DNA from: Thermoplasmata archaeon
GTDB lineage: Archaea; Thermoplasmatota; Thermoplasmata; Lutacidiplasmatales; UBA184
NCBI GenBank assembly: GCA_030037265.1
Contig: JASHRQ010000144.1
Span: 1 to 45,865 of the forward strand
Direction of reading: 5' to 3'
DNA: 45,865 nt
A program made the position numbers and the translations under genes. Positions 31,861 to 41,458 of this stretch are shown here, piece by piece. Position 1 is the first letter of the stretch, and the number at the start of each line of letters is the position of its first letter. Below the pieces are notes generated by a model. The model ran no database searches. It was not told the DNA's origin and was given only the letters and a program-made list of their open reading frames with translations.

Positions 31861-32304
31861 ATGACCGCGCGGAGCACGGCGGAGGCGGTGTGGGAGAACG
31901 ACTTGGCGAAGGGCTCGGGCCGCGTCCGGTTCGAGAGCGGAGGGATCCCCGAGAGCCCGGTGAGCTGGGCCGCCCGCATCGAGCGGGGCCCGGGGAAGAC
32001 GAGCCCCGAGGAGCTGCTCGCGGCGGCGCACGCGGCCTGCTTCTCGATGGCCCTGGCGGCCCAGCTGGGTCGGAACGGGACTCCGCCCCGGCGGCTGTCG
32101 GTCCGCGCGACCGCGACGTTCGACCGGGCCGGCGAGGGCTGGAAGGTCACCTCGATGGAGCTGGACGCCACCGGAATCGTGCCCGGTGTCGAGGCGAGCC
32201 GGTTCGAGGAGCTGGCGCGGGCGGCGAAGGACGGCTGCCCCATTTCCCAAGCGCTCCGGGGGAACGTCGAGCTGCGCCTGACCGCGCGGCTCGCGTCGGC
32301 CTGA
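31861..32304 (+). CDS. osmC: OsmC/Ohr-family peroxiredoxin
   Basis: 147 aa with the two family Cys in 'AAHAACFSMAL' and 'KDGCPISQAL'. Confidence 0.9.
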   Translation: MTARSTAEAVWENDLAKGSGRVRFESGGIPESPVSWAARIERGPGKTSPEELLAAAHAACFSMALAAQLGRNGTPPRRLSVRATATFDRAGEGWKVTSMELDATGIVPGVEASRFEELARAAKDGCPISQALRGNVELRLTARLASA

Positions 32305-32387
32305 GCGGCGGTCCGCGACGGGGCGCGGCGGCCGCCGCGAACGTTGATGAGCCCCGAGGGGCATCGGGGAGAGCGGGAGCCCGGGAG

Positions 32388-32552
32388 ATGACCTGCCGGT
32401 TCGAGGGGGATGACCCCCGGAAGTGCGACCGATGCGGCGAGTTCCTGTGGGCGATGGAGGAGGGCTGGTGCTGCACGGAGTGCGGCGTGACGATGCCGTG
32501 CACGATGCGGATTCTGCCGCCCCCCGTGCCCGAGCCGGGCCCGCGCCCGTAA
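32388..32552 (+). CDS. Small Cys-rich zinc-ribbon-like protein
   Basis: 54 codons inside track ORF 31890..32552. ATG start. Nearly every third position is G/C. 'KCDRCGEFLWAMEEGWCCTECG' (CxxC-x12-CCxxC). Pro-rich tail. Confidence 0.45.
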   Translation: MTCRFEGDDPRKCDRCGEFLWAMEEGWCCTECGVTMPCTMRILPPPVPEPGPRP

Positions 32553-32590
32553 CCTACTTGGCCCGACCCCCCTAGCGCCCGCCGAGTCCC

Positions 32591-34555
<1,965 letters not shown>

Positions 34556-34615
34556 CCCGGCCCGGGGCCGTGTCGATACGCCTTCATACTCGGTCCGGCC
34601 AAGGCTAGGCGGGGA

Positions 34616-35335
34616 GTGGCCGTGATCGTCGTGCGCCCGCCGGAATCGATCCACGTCGTCCGCGATACGGTCGACGGGGGCTCCGTCGAGGGACGGTGGC
34701 ACTTCTCGTTCGACGACTACGCCGACCCGCGGCACGTACGGTTCGGGCAGCTCCGCGTCCTGAACGACGAGACCCTGGGTCCCGGGGCGACCCGGCCGCT
34801 CCGCGCCCTGCGGCACAACGAGCTCCTCACCTACGTCGCGACGGGAGAGCTCTGCCCGTCGGACGAGCGCGGGAAGGGAGAGGTCGTCGTCGCCGGGGGC
34901 GCCTACCATCTCACGGCGGGGCGAGGGGCGTGGTACGCCGAGGCGAACGCCCGCGCGGACCGTCCGCTCCGGCTCGTTCGGATGGAGTTCCTGCCGGAGG
35001 TGCCGGACCTCGCGCCGTCGACCGCACGGAAAGCGGTCACCCGCGAGCAGCGGCGGAACGGGCTCCTTCCGATCGCGGGCGGAGCCCACGCCGGGGCGCT
35101 GCCCCTCCGGTCCGAGGCCACGGTGTTCTCGAGCTTCCTCGAGGCGGGCCGCACGGTCTCGCATCCGCTCGACGGGCCCCGGGGGGCGTACGTCTACCTG
35201 CTCGAAGGCGGCCCCGTCCGGGTCAACGCCCGCGGGCTCCCGGCCCTGGGCGCCGCCGAGTTGTCCGCGGAGCCGACGGTGCGGGTCTCGGCCGACGCCG
35301 ATGCCGAGCTCCTGCTCGTCGAGACCCGGCTGTAG
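34616..35335 (+). CDS. Pirin-family (bicupin) protein with apparently degenerate metal site
   Basis: 239 aa (GTG start). TATA-like 'TTCATACT' lies about 29 nt upstream. 'GRWHFSFDDYADPRHVRFGQLRVLNDETL' and 'ELLTYVATGE' match the pirin/YhhW N-terminal cupin. Confidence 0.75.
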   Translation: MAVIVVRPPESIHVVRDTVDGGSVEGRWHFSFDDYADPRHVRFGQLRVLNDETLGPGATRPLRALRHNELLTYVATGELCPSDERGKGEVVVAGGAYHLTAGRGAWYAEANARADRPLRLVRMEFLPEVPDLAPSTARKAVTREQRRNGLLPIAGGAHAGALPLRSEATVFSSFLEAGRTVSHPLDGPRGAYVYLLEGGPVRVNARGLPALGAAELSAEPTVRVSADADAELLLVETRL

Positions 35336-35543
35336 CCCGGGGTCCCGCCGGATCGGCGCGGACCGCTAGATATAAGGCGGGCCGACCCCTCGTCGCGTCG
35401 GCCCGGAACTAGGAGGGGGCCTCCACCGAATGGCGCGAAGTACACGAAGAGTATCGGCGCCGTCCCAACCCGTTCGAGCCCCTTTTTCCCGCGACGCGGG
35501 AACCGGTTGATCCGTTCGCCGCGGTTCCTCGGCGGGCGCCGGG

Positions 35544-36011
35544 TCACCCCAGCAGTCGTTCCTCCTCGGTGAGGTGGCGGTCGAGCGCCTCGAGCACCAC
35601 CCGCCAGTACTGGCCCAGCGCCTGCCGGTTCCCGCCGTGGGGCGCCTCGTCGACGACCTGGAAGAACCAGCGCAGCTGCTCCAGCGAGGTCTGGAACATC
35701 GCGTGGTCGGTCCGGAGGCGCCGGACCTGCGGCTCCGCGGCTGGGCGCCGCTCCAGGAGCGCCCGGAGCGCCGAGCGGACGGCCCGCGGGTGGTCCCCGA
35801 GCAGCGTCGCATCGAGCCGGTCGATCTCCTCCACGACCTCCGCGCGGGCGACCGGCTCCAGCCGGACGAGGGCGTCCGCGAGGGCACCCTGCCACCGGAG
35901 GAGCTGCCGGAGCGGGATCCGCCCCGGGCCGGGGGCCCCCGGTCGGGGTTGGTACGGAGCCCAGCCGTCGGGCCGCTCCGACGTCGTCGCCGGCAGGCGG
36001 CGGGAGGCCAT
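35544..36011 (-). CDS. Hypothetical protein, possibly hemerythrin/HHE-like four-helix protein
   Basis: 155 aa, 6 nt downstream of the amidohydrolase stop. Helical. 'DHAMFQTSLEQL' and 'LDRHLTEEERLL' resemble HHE cation-binding motifs. Weak call. Confidence 0.45.
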   Translation of the reverse strand: MASRRLPATTSERPDGWAPYQPRPGAPGPGRIPLRQLLRWQGALADALVRLEPVARAEVVEEIDRLDATLLGDHPRAVRSALRALLERRPAAEPQVRRLRTDHAMFQTSLEQLRWFFQVVDEAPHGGNRQALGQYWRVVLEALDRHLTEEERLLG

Positions 36012-36017
36012 TTCGGC

Positions 36018-37634
36018 TCACCGCCTCCCCGATTCGGCGGGCTCGTCGGCGAAGACGACGCGTCCGTCGACGACGGTGAGGAGGGTGCGCGTCGCCGCGA
36101 GGGCGGTGGGAGGGGCCGAGAACGGGTCGGGCGCCACGACGACGAGGTCGGCGTACTTGCCGACCTCGAGCGTCCCGCGGGTGGTCTCGCAGTGGCTGGC
36201 GTAGGCCGCGCCCCGGGTGTACGCGGCGACCGCTTCCGCGACGCCGAGCCGGTGCGGTGAGTGCGCGCCGTCCGGCGTCTCGCGCGCGACCGCCGACTGG
36301 ACGCCGACCCACGGGTTGAGGTCGGCGACCGGCCAATCGCTCGCGAACGAGAGCGCCGCCCCGGAGTCCAGCATCTCCCGCCAGGCGAACGAGCGGAGCG
36401 TGCGGTCCGGCCCCATCGCCTCCCGCCACCGGTGCGTGAGCTCGGGGGCGGAATGGCGGGGCATCATGCACGGCACGACGCCGAGGGCGGCGAACCGCGG
36501 GAGGTCCCGCTCCGACACGGTCTCGCAGTGCTCGATCCGGTGCCGGCGGCCGGTCATGCGGTTGACCGTCGCGGCCCGCTCGTACGCGTCGAGCGCGAGG
36601 CGGACCGCGCGGTCCCCGCACGCGTGCGTCAGGATCTGGAACCCCCGGCGGTCGAGGTCCTGGACGATCGCCTCGTACCGCTCGACCGGGTAGACCGTGG
36701 GCCCGGTCGACGCAGGGGCGTTGGCGTACGGCTCGAGGAGGGCGGCCGTGCCGGTCTCCTGGACCCCGTCCAGGTACAGCTTCACCGCCCCCACGTCGAA
36801 CCAGTCGTCGTGCGCCTCCGCGACGGCGCGCATGAACTCCGGATACTGCTGGGGAGGGGTGTCGGGAGGGTGGTAGATCGCCGCGCGGATCCGGAGCGGG
36901 AGCGCGTTCTTCTGGCGCAGCGCGGTGTACGCGCCGAGCGCGTCGAGCGGCACCTGCGCGTCGAACGCGGTGGTGATGCCGTAGCCGACGGCGGCCGTCA
37001 GCATGCGCTCGAGCCCCTCGACCGAACGGCGGCGCCGGAATTCGGGGATCGCCCCGGTGAGGTCGAACGAGTCGAAGTAGATGCCGGTGGGCCGGCCGGT
37101 CCCCGGGTCCCGCTGGGTCCCCCCGAGGTCCCGACCGGCCGTCCGCTGGGCGCGCTCCGCCCGCTCCACGAAGCGCGAGTTCGCCCATCCCGTGTGGCCA
37201 TCCCACGAGGTGAGGAGGACGGGCCGGTCGTAGACGGTCGAGTCGAGGTCCTCTCGGCGGGGCAGCTCCCGGAGGCCGAGCGCGGCGTAGTCGAAGCCGT
37301 GGCCGAGGATCGCCTCCTCCTCGGGATGCGCGTGGGCGTACTCCCGCACCCGACGCTGCACCTCGAGCAGCGTCGGATGGTCGGTGAGGTCGATCCAGTG
37401 GCCCAGCTGGTAGCCCCACACGAGGTGGACGTGGGCGTCGATGAAGCCGGGGAGGGCGCGTCGGCCCTCGGCGTCCAGGACCTGCGTGCGCGAGTCGGCC
37501 GACCGCTCGACCGTCCGGCGGCTCCCGAGCGCCACGATCCGGCCCCGCCGCGAGGCGAGCGCCTCCACTTCGCGACCATCGCCCGGGCCCGGCGAGATCC
37601 GCGCGTTCGTGAGGATGAAATCCGGTGCCGGCAC
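36018..37634 (-). CDS. Amidohydrolase-family metal-dependent hydrolase (YtcJ/Amidohydro_3-like)
   Basis: 538 aa (GTG start). 'LPGFIDAHVHLVWG', 'VKLYLDGV', 'ILTHACGDRAV', 'RHRIEHCETV', 'SFASDWPVADLNP'. Confidence 0.85.
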   Translation of the reverse strand: MPAPDFILTNARISPGPGDGREVEALASRRGRIVALGSRRTVERSADSRTQVLDAEGRRALPGFIDAHVHLVWGYQLGHWIDLTDHPTLLEVQRRVREYAHAHPEEEAILGHGFDYAALGLRELPRREDLDSTVYDRPVLLTSWDGHTGWANSRFVERAERAQRTAGRDLGGTQRDPGTGRPTGIYFDSFDLTGAIPEFRRRRSVEGLERMLTAAVGYGITTAFDAQVPLDALGAYTALRQKNALPLRIRAAIYHPPDTPPQQYPEFMRAVAEAHDDWFDVGAVKLYLDGVQETGTAALLEPYANAPASTGPTVYPVERYEAIVQDLDRRGFQILTHACGDRAVRLALDAYERAATVNRMTGRRHRIEHCETVSERDLPRFAALGVVPCMMPRHSAPELTHRWREAMGPDRTLRSFAWREMLDSGAALSFASDWPVADLNPWVGVQSAVARETPDGAHSPHRLGVAEAVAAYTRGAAYASHCETTRGTLEVGKYADLVVVAPDPFSAPPTALAATRTLLTVVDGRVVFADEPAESGRR

Positions 37635-37671
37635 CCGAGGTCACCCTCGGGGGACCGAGGACCCCCGGCTC

Positions 37672-38856
37672 TTATGTTCGACCGGACCCCGGTGGCGCGG
37701 GCGCCGTTCCGGAGGCGAGCGGGCCGGCCCCGGGAGCCGGGGGCGCGGGGCGCCCCCGCTGGAACAGGTACGCCGTCGCGGCGCCGACGGCGGCCACGGC
37801 GACGACGACCGGGTAGATGGACGCCGGGCCCACGGCGCTCCAGAACGCGCCGAACAGGAGCGGGCCCACCAGCAACCCGAGGTCCTCCATCGACCCGAAC
37901 AGCCCGATGCCGGTACCCTGGTGCTCCGCCGCCACGTGCGACAGCGCGAGCGGCAGGAGGCTCGAGGTGAGCCAGCCCATCCCGGCGGAGAAGACCACGG
38001 TGGCGACGACCATCTCGCCGTACGACCGGGAGGCCCAGGTGCCGAGCCCGCCAGCGACCAAGAGGAGGAACCCGGCCGGTGCCGAGCGGAGGGGGGTCCA
38101 CCGGTCCACCACCGGCCCGAACAGGAACGAGGTCACGAGCGTCACCGCCCGGGCCAGGCCGACGACGTACCCCGCCTCCGAGGGAGTCCCGCCGAACAGC
38201 ACCGTCGAATACAGCTGGAGGAAGTTCGTGGTGAACGTCAGCGCGGTGAACTCGAGCACCGCGAGCCCGGCGGCCACGACGAAGAACGGCCCGAGGAAAC
38301 CCCGCCAGTGCGGCCGACGGACGGGAGCCGGCAGGCGGGCGTGGGCCCACGGAAGCACCGCTCCGGCGGCGACCGCGAGGCCGAGCAGTCCGACCGCCAG
38401 CGCCGCGACCGCCCAGAAACCGACCGAGACGAACAGGAGCGGTCCGACCGACGCCCCCACCGTCAGGCCCAGGCCGAAGTAGAATCCGAGACGCCCGGTC
38501 CCGGCGGCGTGCGTCCCCGGTCCGAGCCCCGTCAGGAACAGCCAGCGCAGCACCGGGATGAGGAAGATGCCGGTCGCGCCAAAGGCGGTCATCGCCACCA
38601 GGAACTCCGGGAAGGTCCGGATGACCGCGAACGAGGCGGTGATCCCGACGACCACCGCCCCGATGGCGACGATGCGGCGCGGTTGGCCGAGCCGGAACGC
38701 GACCACCCCCCACAGCGTCTCCGTCACGAGCATGCCGGCGCCGTACGCCGCGAGCGTGATGCCGTACTGCAGGACCGACAGGTGCAGCTGGAGGAACCGG
38801 AACGGGAGCGCGACGCTGAGCAGCGACGTCGCCGCGGCCCAGCTCAGGCTGGACAC
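37672..38856 (-). CDS. MFS transporter
   Basis: 394 aa (GTG start). About 12 hydrophobic segments in a 6+6 layout. Gly/Ala/Leu-rich. Typical short basic loops. Confidence 0.8.
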   Translation of the reverse strand: MSSLSWAAATSLLSVALPFRFLQLHLSVLQYGITLAAYGAGMLVTETLWGVVAFRLGQPRRIVAIGAVVVGITASFAVIRTFPEFLVAMTAFGATGIFLIPVLRWLFLTGLGPGTHAAGTGRLGFYFGLGLTVGASVGPLLFVSVGFWAVAALAVGLLGLAVAAGAVLPWAHARLPAPVRRPHWRGFLGPFFVVAAGLAVLEFTALTFTTNFLQLYSTVLFGGTPSEAGYVVGLARAVTLVTSFLFGPVVDRWTPLRSAPAGFLLLVAGGLGTWASRSYGEMVVATVVFSAGMGWLTSSLLPLALSHVAAEHQGTGIGLFGSMEDLGLLVGPLLFGAFWSAVGPASIYPVVVAVAAVGAATAYLFQRGRPAPPAPGAGPLASGTAPAPPGSGRT

Positions 38857-38923
38857 CGAGGCGTACGGCAGGGTGCGGCGCGCGCCGGCCCCGGTACCGG
38901 GGGATGCTGCCGAGGTCGACGTT

Positions 38924-39781
38924 CTATCCCTCGGGGTTCCGCGGTCGTCCGCTCGGGGCTCCTCCGGGCACGGAGCGTTCCCGGACCTCGTCCCGGAGGT
39001 CCATCAATCCTCGGCCGAGCCACTGCCCCCCGTCGACCGCGAGGACCTGACCGGTGATGTACCGGGCCTGCGGACCGGCCAGGAAGGCCACGGCGTCGGC
39101 GATCTCCTCGGGAGTCCCGAACCGTCGCATCGGGATCCCGTCCGCGATCCGCTGCACGAGCCCCTCCGACAGCCAGAGCTGGCGGTCCGTCCCCTCGGTC
39201 CGCACCGGCCCGGGCGCGACGGCGTTCACCCGGATTCCGTCGCCGGACCACTCGACGGCGAGGGAGCGCGTGAGGGAGAGCACGCCGGCCTTGGCGGCCG
39301 CGGAGTGGGCGGTGCCGGGACCGGCGAGCCAGGCGTACGCCGCGACGATGTTCACGATCGCGGGCGCCGGGGCGGCGCGCAGCAACGGATGGGCCGCCCG
39401 GCAGCAGAAGAACGTGCCATCGAGCACGATCCCGACCACGGCCCGCCAGCCGTTCGGCGAAATCGACTCGGCCGGTGCGATGAAGTTCCCCGCCGCGTTG
39501 TTGACGAGCACGTCGAGGCGCCCGTACCGGTTCCGCGTCGCCTCGATCATCGCCTCGACCTGATCCGGGTGCCGGACGTCGGTCGGGACCGGGAGCACCT
39601 CCGCCCCGCGTGCCCGGAGGCGCTCCGACCCCGCGGCGAGGTGGGCGTCGGAACGGCTCGCGATCACGAGGTCGTGGCCGTCCGCGGCGAGCCGCTCGGA
39701 GATCGCGAGGCCGAGCCCGGTCCCTCCCCCGGTGACCAGGGCGACCGGTCGTCCGCCGGTGGACTCCTTCGACGGGGACAT
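38924..39781 (-). CDS. SDR-family oxidoreductase (dienoyl-CoA-reductase-like)
   Basis: 285 aa. 'ALVTGGGTGLGLA' (TGxxxGxG), 'NNAAGNF', 'HSAAAKAGV', 'IRVNAVAPGPV'. Confidence 0.9.
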   Translation of the reverse strand: MSPSKESTGGRPVALVTGGGTGLGLAISERLAADGHDLVIASRSDAHLAAGSERLRARGAEVLPVPTDVRHPDQVEAMIEATRNRYGRLDVLVNNAAGNFIAPAESISPNGWRAVVGIVLDGTFFCCRAAHPLLRAAPAPAIVNIVAAYAWLAGPGTAHSAAAKAGVLSLTRSLAVEWSGDGIRVNAVAPGPVRTEGTDRQLWLSEGLVQRIADGIPMRRFGTPEEIADAVAFLAGPQARYITGQVLAVDGGQWLGRGLMDLRDEVRERSVPGGAPSGRPRNPEG

Positions 39782-39839
39782 CGTACGGAAGACTCCTTCG
39801 CTCGAAGGCTGCCGGGCTGTCTCGGGTCCCGTCCGGGAG

Positions 39840-39980
39840 CTACGTCCCGGGCTCCTTCAGCTTGGCGAAGCAGGCCGAGCAGATCGCGTGCAGCTTCGGC
39901 CATCCCTCGGCGGGCAGGTCCACGACCCGGGAGATCTTCGTGCCGCACGTATCGCAGAACAGGACGCCTTCCTTGATCAT
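39840..39980 (-). CDS. Small zinc-ribbon protein
   Basis: 46 codons from ATG 'MIKEGVLFCDTCGTKISRVVDLPAEGWPKLHAICSACFAKLKEPGT' (CxxC-x21-CxxC). High GC3. The minus-strand A/T patch 'CATTATTT' at about 40035-40042 lies upstream. The long track ORF 39840..41081 is shadow. Confidence 0.5.
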   Translation of the reverse strand: MIKEGVLFCDTCGTKISRVVDLPAEGWPKLHAICSACFAKLKEPGT

Positions 39981-40118
39981 CGCATCCCCCCGAGCAACGG
40001 CCCGTCCGGATTCCGTGCGCGCAGGAGCCCTCCCCAAATAATGCTGGCTCATCCACCGGCGGTCGGCGGTCGGTCCCGCGGGGCGAAGGATTGAAGCCGC
40101 CGGCTCTGTCCCCCGGCC

Positions 40119-40712
40119 ATGGCCACACGACGGCGGGGGTCCCGCGCCGGTGGAGGGGTGGAGGTACGGGTGCTGTTCCCCGGATACTCGGCGCCCGGGG
40201 TGGCCGGCACCGTCGGCTACGTCCGCGACGGCGCCCGTCGTATCGTCATCGACCCGGGGATGGTCCCGCGCCGGTCGGCGATCCTCGGACCGCTCCGCCG
40301 GGCCGGGGTGGCGCCGGAGCAGGTGACCGATGTCGTCTTCTCGCACCACCACCCGGACCACACGCTCAACGCGGCGCTCTTCCCGCGCGCGAGGTTCCAC
40401 GACCACTGGGCGATCTACCGGGGCGACGTCTGGGAGTCGCGACCCGCGGAGAACTTCCGTCTCTCGCCGCACGTCCGGCTGCTCGAGACGCCGGGCCACA
40501 CCCCCCAGGACATCACGACGCTCGTCGACGCCCCCGAGGGCGCCTACGCCTTCACGCACCTCTGGTGGGACGCGACCGGGCCGGCCGAGGACCCGCTCGC
40601 GACGGACGCCGTCGCGCTCCACCGGCACCGAGCGCGCGTGCGCGAGCTGGCCCGCTGGGTCGTTCCGGGCCACGGCAAGCCGTTCGGCACCGGCGCGTCG
40701 ACTCCGCCCTGA
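40119..40712 (+). CDS. Metallo-beta-lactamase-fold hydrolase
   Basis: 197 aa. 'VVFSHHHPDHT', 'ETPGHTPQD', 'VVPGHG'. Confidence 0.85.
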   Translation: MATRRRGSRAGGGVEVRVLFPGYSAPGVAGTVGYVRDGARRIVIDPGMVPRRSAILGPLRRAGVAPEQVTDVVFSHHHPDHTLNAALFPRARFHDHWAIYRGDVWESRPAENFRLSPHVRLLETPGHTPQDITTLVDAPEGAYAFTHLWWDATGPAEDPLATDAVALHRHRARVRELARWVVPGHGKPFGTGASTPP

Positions 40713-40772
40713 GGGCCGGGGAGCCGCCCGGCGGCCCGAGTACCCGGCGGGGCAAAGTGTAACTGCCGGATT

Positions 40773-40790
40773 CACACGCAAAATAAATAG
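40773..40790 (+). promoter_or_regulatory. Ferredoxin gene promoter (TATA box preceded by CACACGC)
   Basis: 'CACACGC-AAAATAAATAG' centred about 36 nt before ATG 40821. It has the same CACACGC-plus-TATA arrangement as the sufD promoter. Confidence 0.5.
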
Positions 40791-40820
40791 CATGGAACCG
40801 TCAGCCGATACGGCGAACGC

Positions 40821-41099
40821 ATGGTTTCGGTCGAAGTGGCCCACAACAAGTGCACCGGCTGCACCCACTGTCGGGACGTCTGCCCGGTGAACGTCTTCGA
40901 GATGCAGAGCCGGGACCGCTTCGAGGGCGTCGTCGACGATCCGGCGGTGGCCGCCAAGTTCCAATTCCGTGCCGAGAAGTCGAGGGTGATCAACGGCCCG
41001 GACTGCATCATGTGCGAGGCCTGCCTCTTCGAGTGCGAAGGCGAATGCATCACGATCGTGGACGACGAGGGAACCGTCCACCAGTCGACGTACAAGTAG
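40821..41099 (+). CDS. Dicluster-type ferredoxin with long inter-motif insert
   Basis: 92 aa. 'CTGCTHCRDVCP', then about 45 residues later 'CIMCEACLFECEGEC' (CxxCxxCxxxC without the Pro, plus an extra Cys). Confidence 0.85.
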   Translation: MVSVEVAHNKCTGCTHCRDVCPVNVFEMQSRDRFEGVVDDPAVAAKFQFRAEKSRVINGPDCIMCEACLFECEGECITIVDDEGTVHQSTYK

Positions 41100-41111
41100 G
41101 GCCGGGACCGG

Positions 41112-41315
41112 CTAGGCCGCGGCGGGCGAGGTCGCGCGTCCTCGGAGCCAGCCCCAGGCGCGCACGGGGCGCGGGACGTGCTCGTGCCGGCGGCAGGTGC
41201 GGCACCAAACCACGCGGACCCTCGGGCTCGGGTTGAGCTCCGGCGTGGCCGAATGGTCGGCCGCCGGGTGGCGGCACCCGCGAATGCGGCACCGTTCGGT
41301 CCAACTGCGATCCAT
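41112..41315 (-). CDS. Possible small basic Cys4 protein
   Basis: 67 codons from the internal ATG of track ORF 41112..41450: 'MDRSWTERCRIRGCRHP...VVWCRTCRRHEH'. High GC3. The minus-strand 'TATAAAG' sits only about 15 nt upstream of the ATG, which fits poorly with a leaderless start. Speculative. Confidence 0.3.
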   Translation of the reverse strand: MDRSWTERCRIRGCRHPAADHSATPELNPSPRVRVVWCRTCRRHEHVPRPVRAWGWLRGRATSPAAA

Positions 41316-41458
41316 CGGCGGTCGAGGCGACTTTATACTGATGCGCATAACCACGTATATACCTATTCGCGCGAGCCCGTCGCCTTCGGCCGCGCGCCGG
41401 GCCCACGGTCCCCGGGGCCGGGCGACACAGTTTTCTCGGCGCCGCCGCATCGCGGGGC

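Noticed and set aside
35430-35510. 26-codon ORF (MARSTRRVSAPSQPVRAPFSRDAGTG) in the convergent spacer.
   Set aside because: GC3 is poor (many codons end in A/T), the nearest GGAGG is too far from the ATG, and the sequence has no features.
35194-37970. 816-aa (-) and 569-aa (+) ORFs over the amidohydrolase region.
   Set aside because: They are low-complexity Arg/Pro/Gly translations with no motifs. The 36018..37634 frame carries the amidohydrolase signature.
40792-40890. Upstream ATG at 40792, just after the ferredoxin TATA box.
   Set aside because: It is out of frame with the ferredoxin ORF, gives a junk peptide (the tail of shadow ORF 40330..40890), and lies too close to the TATA box to be downstream of the TSS.
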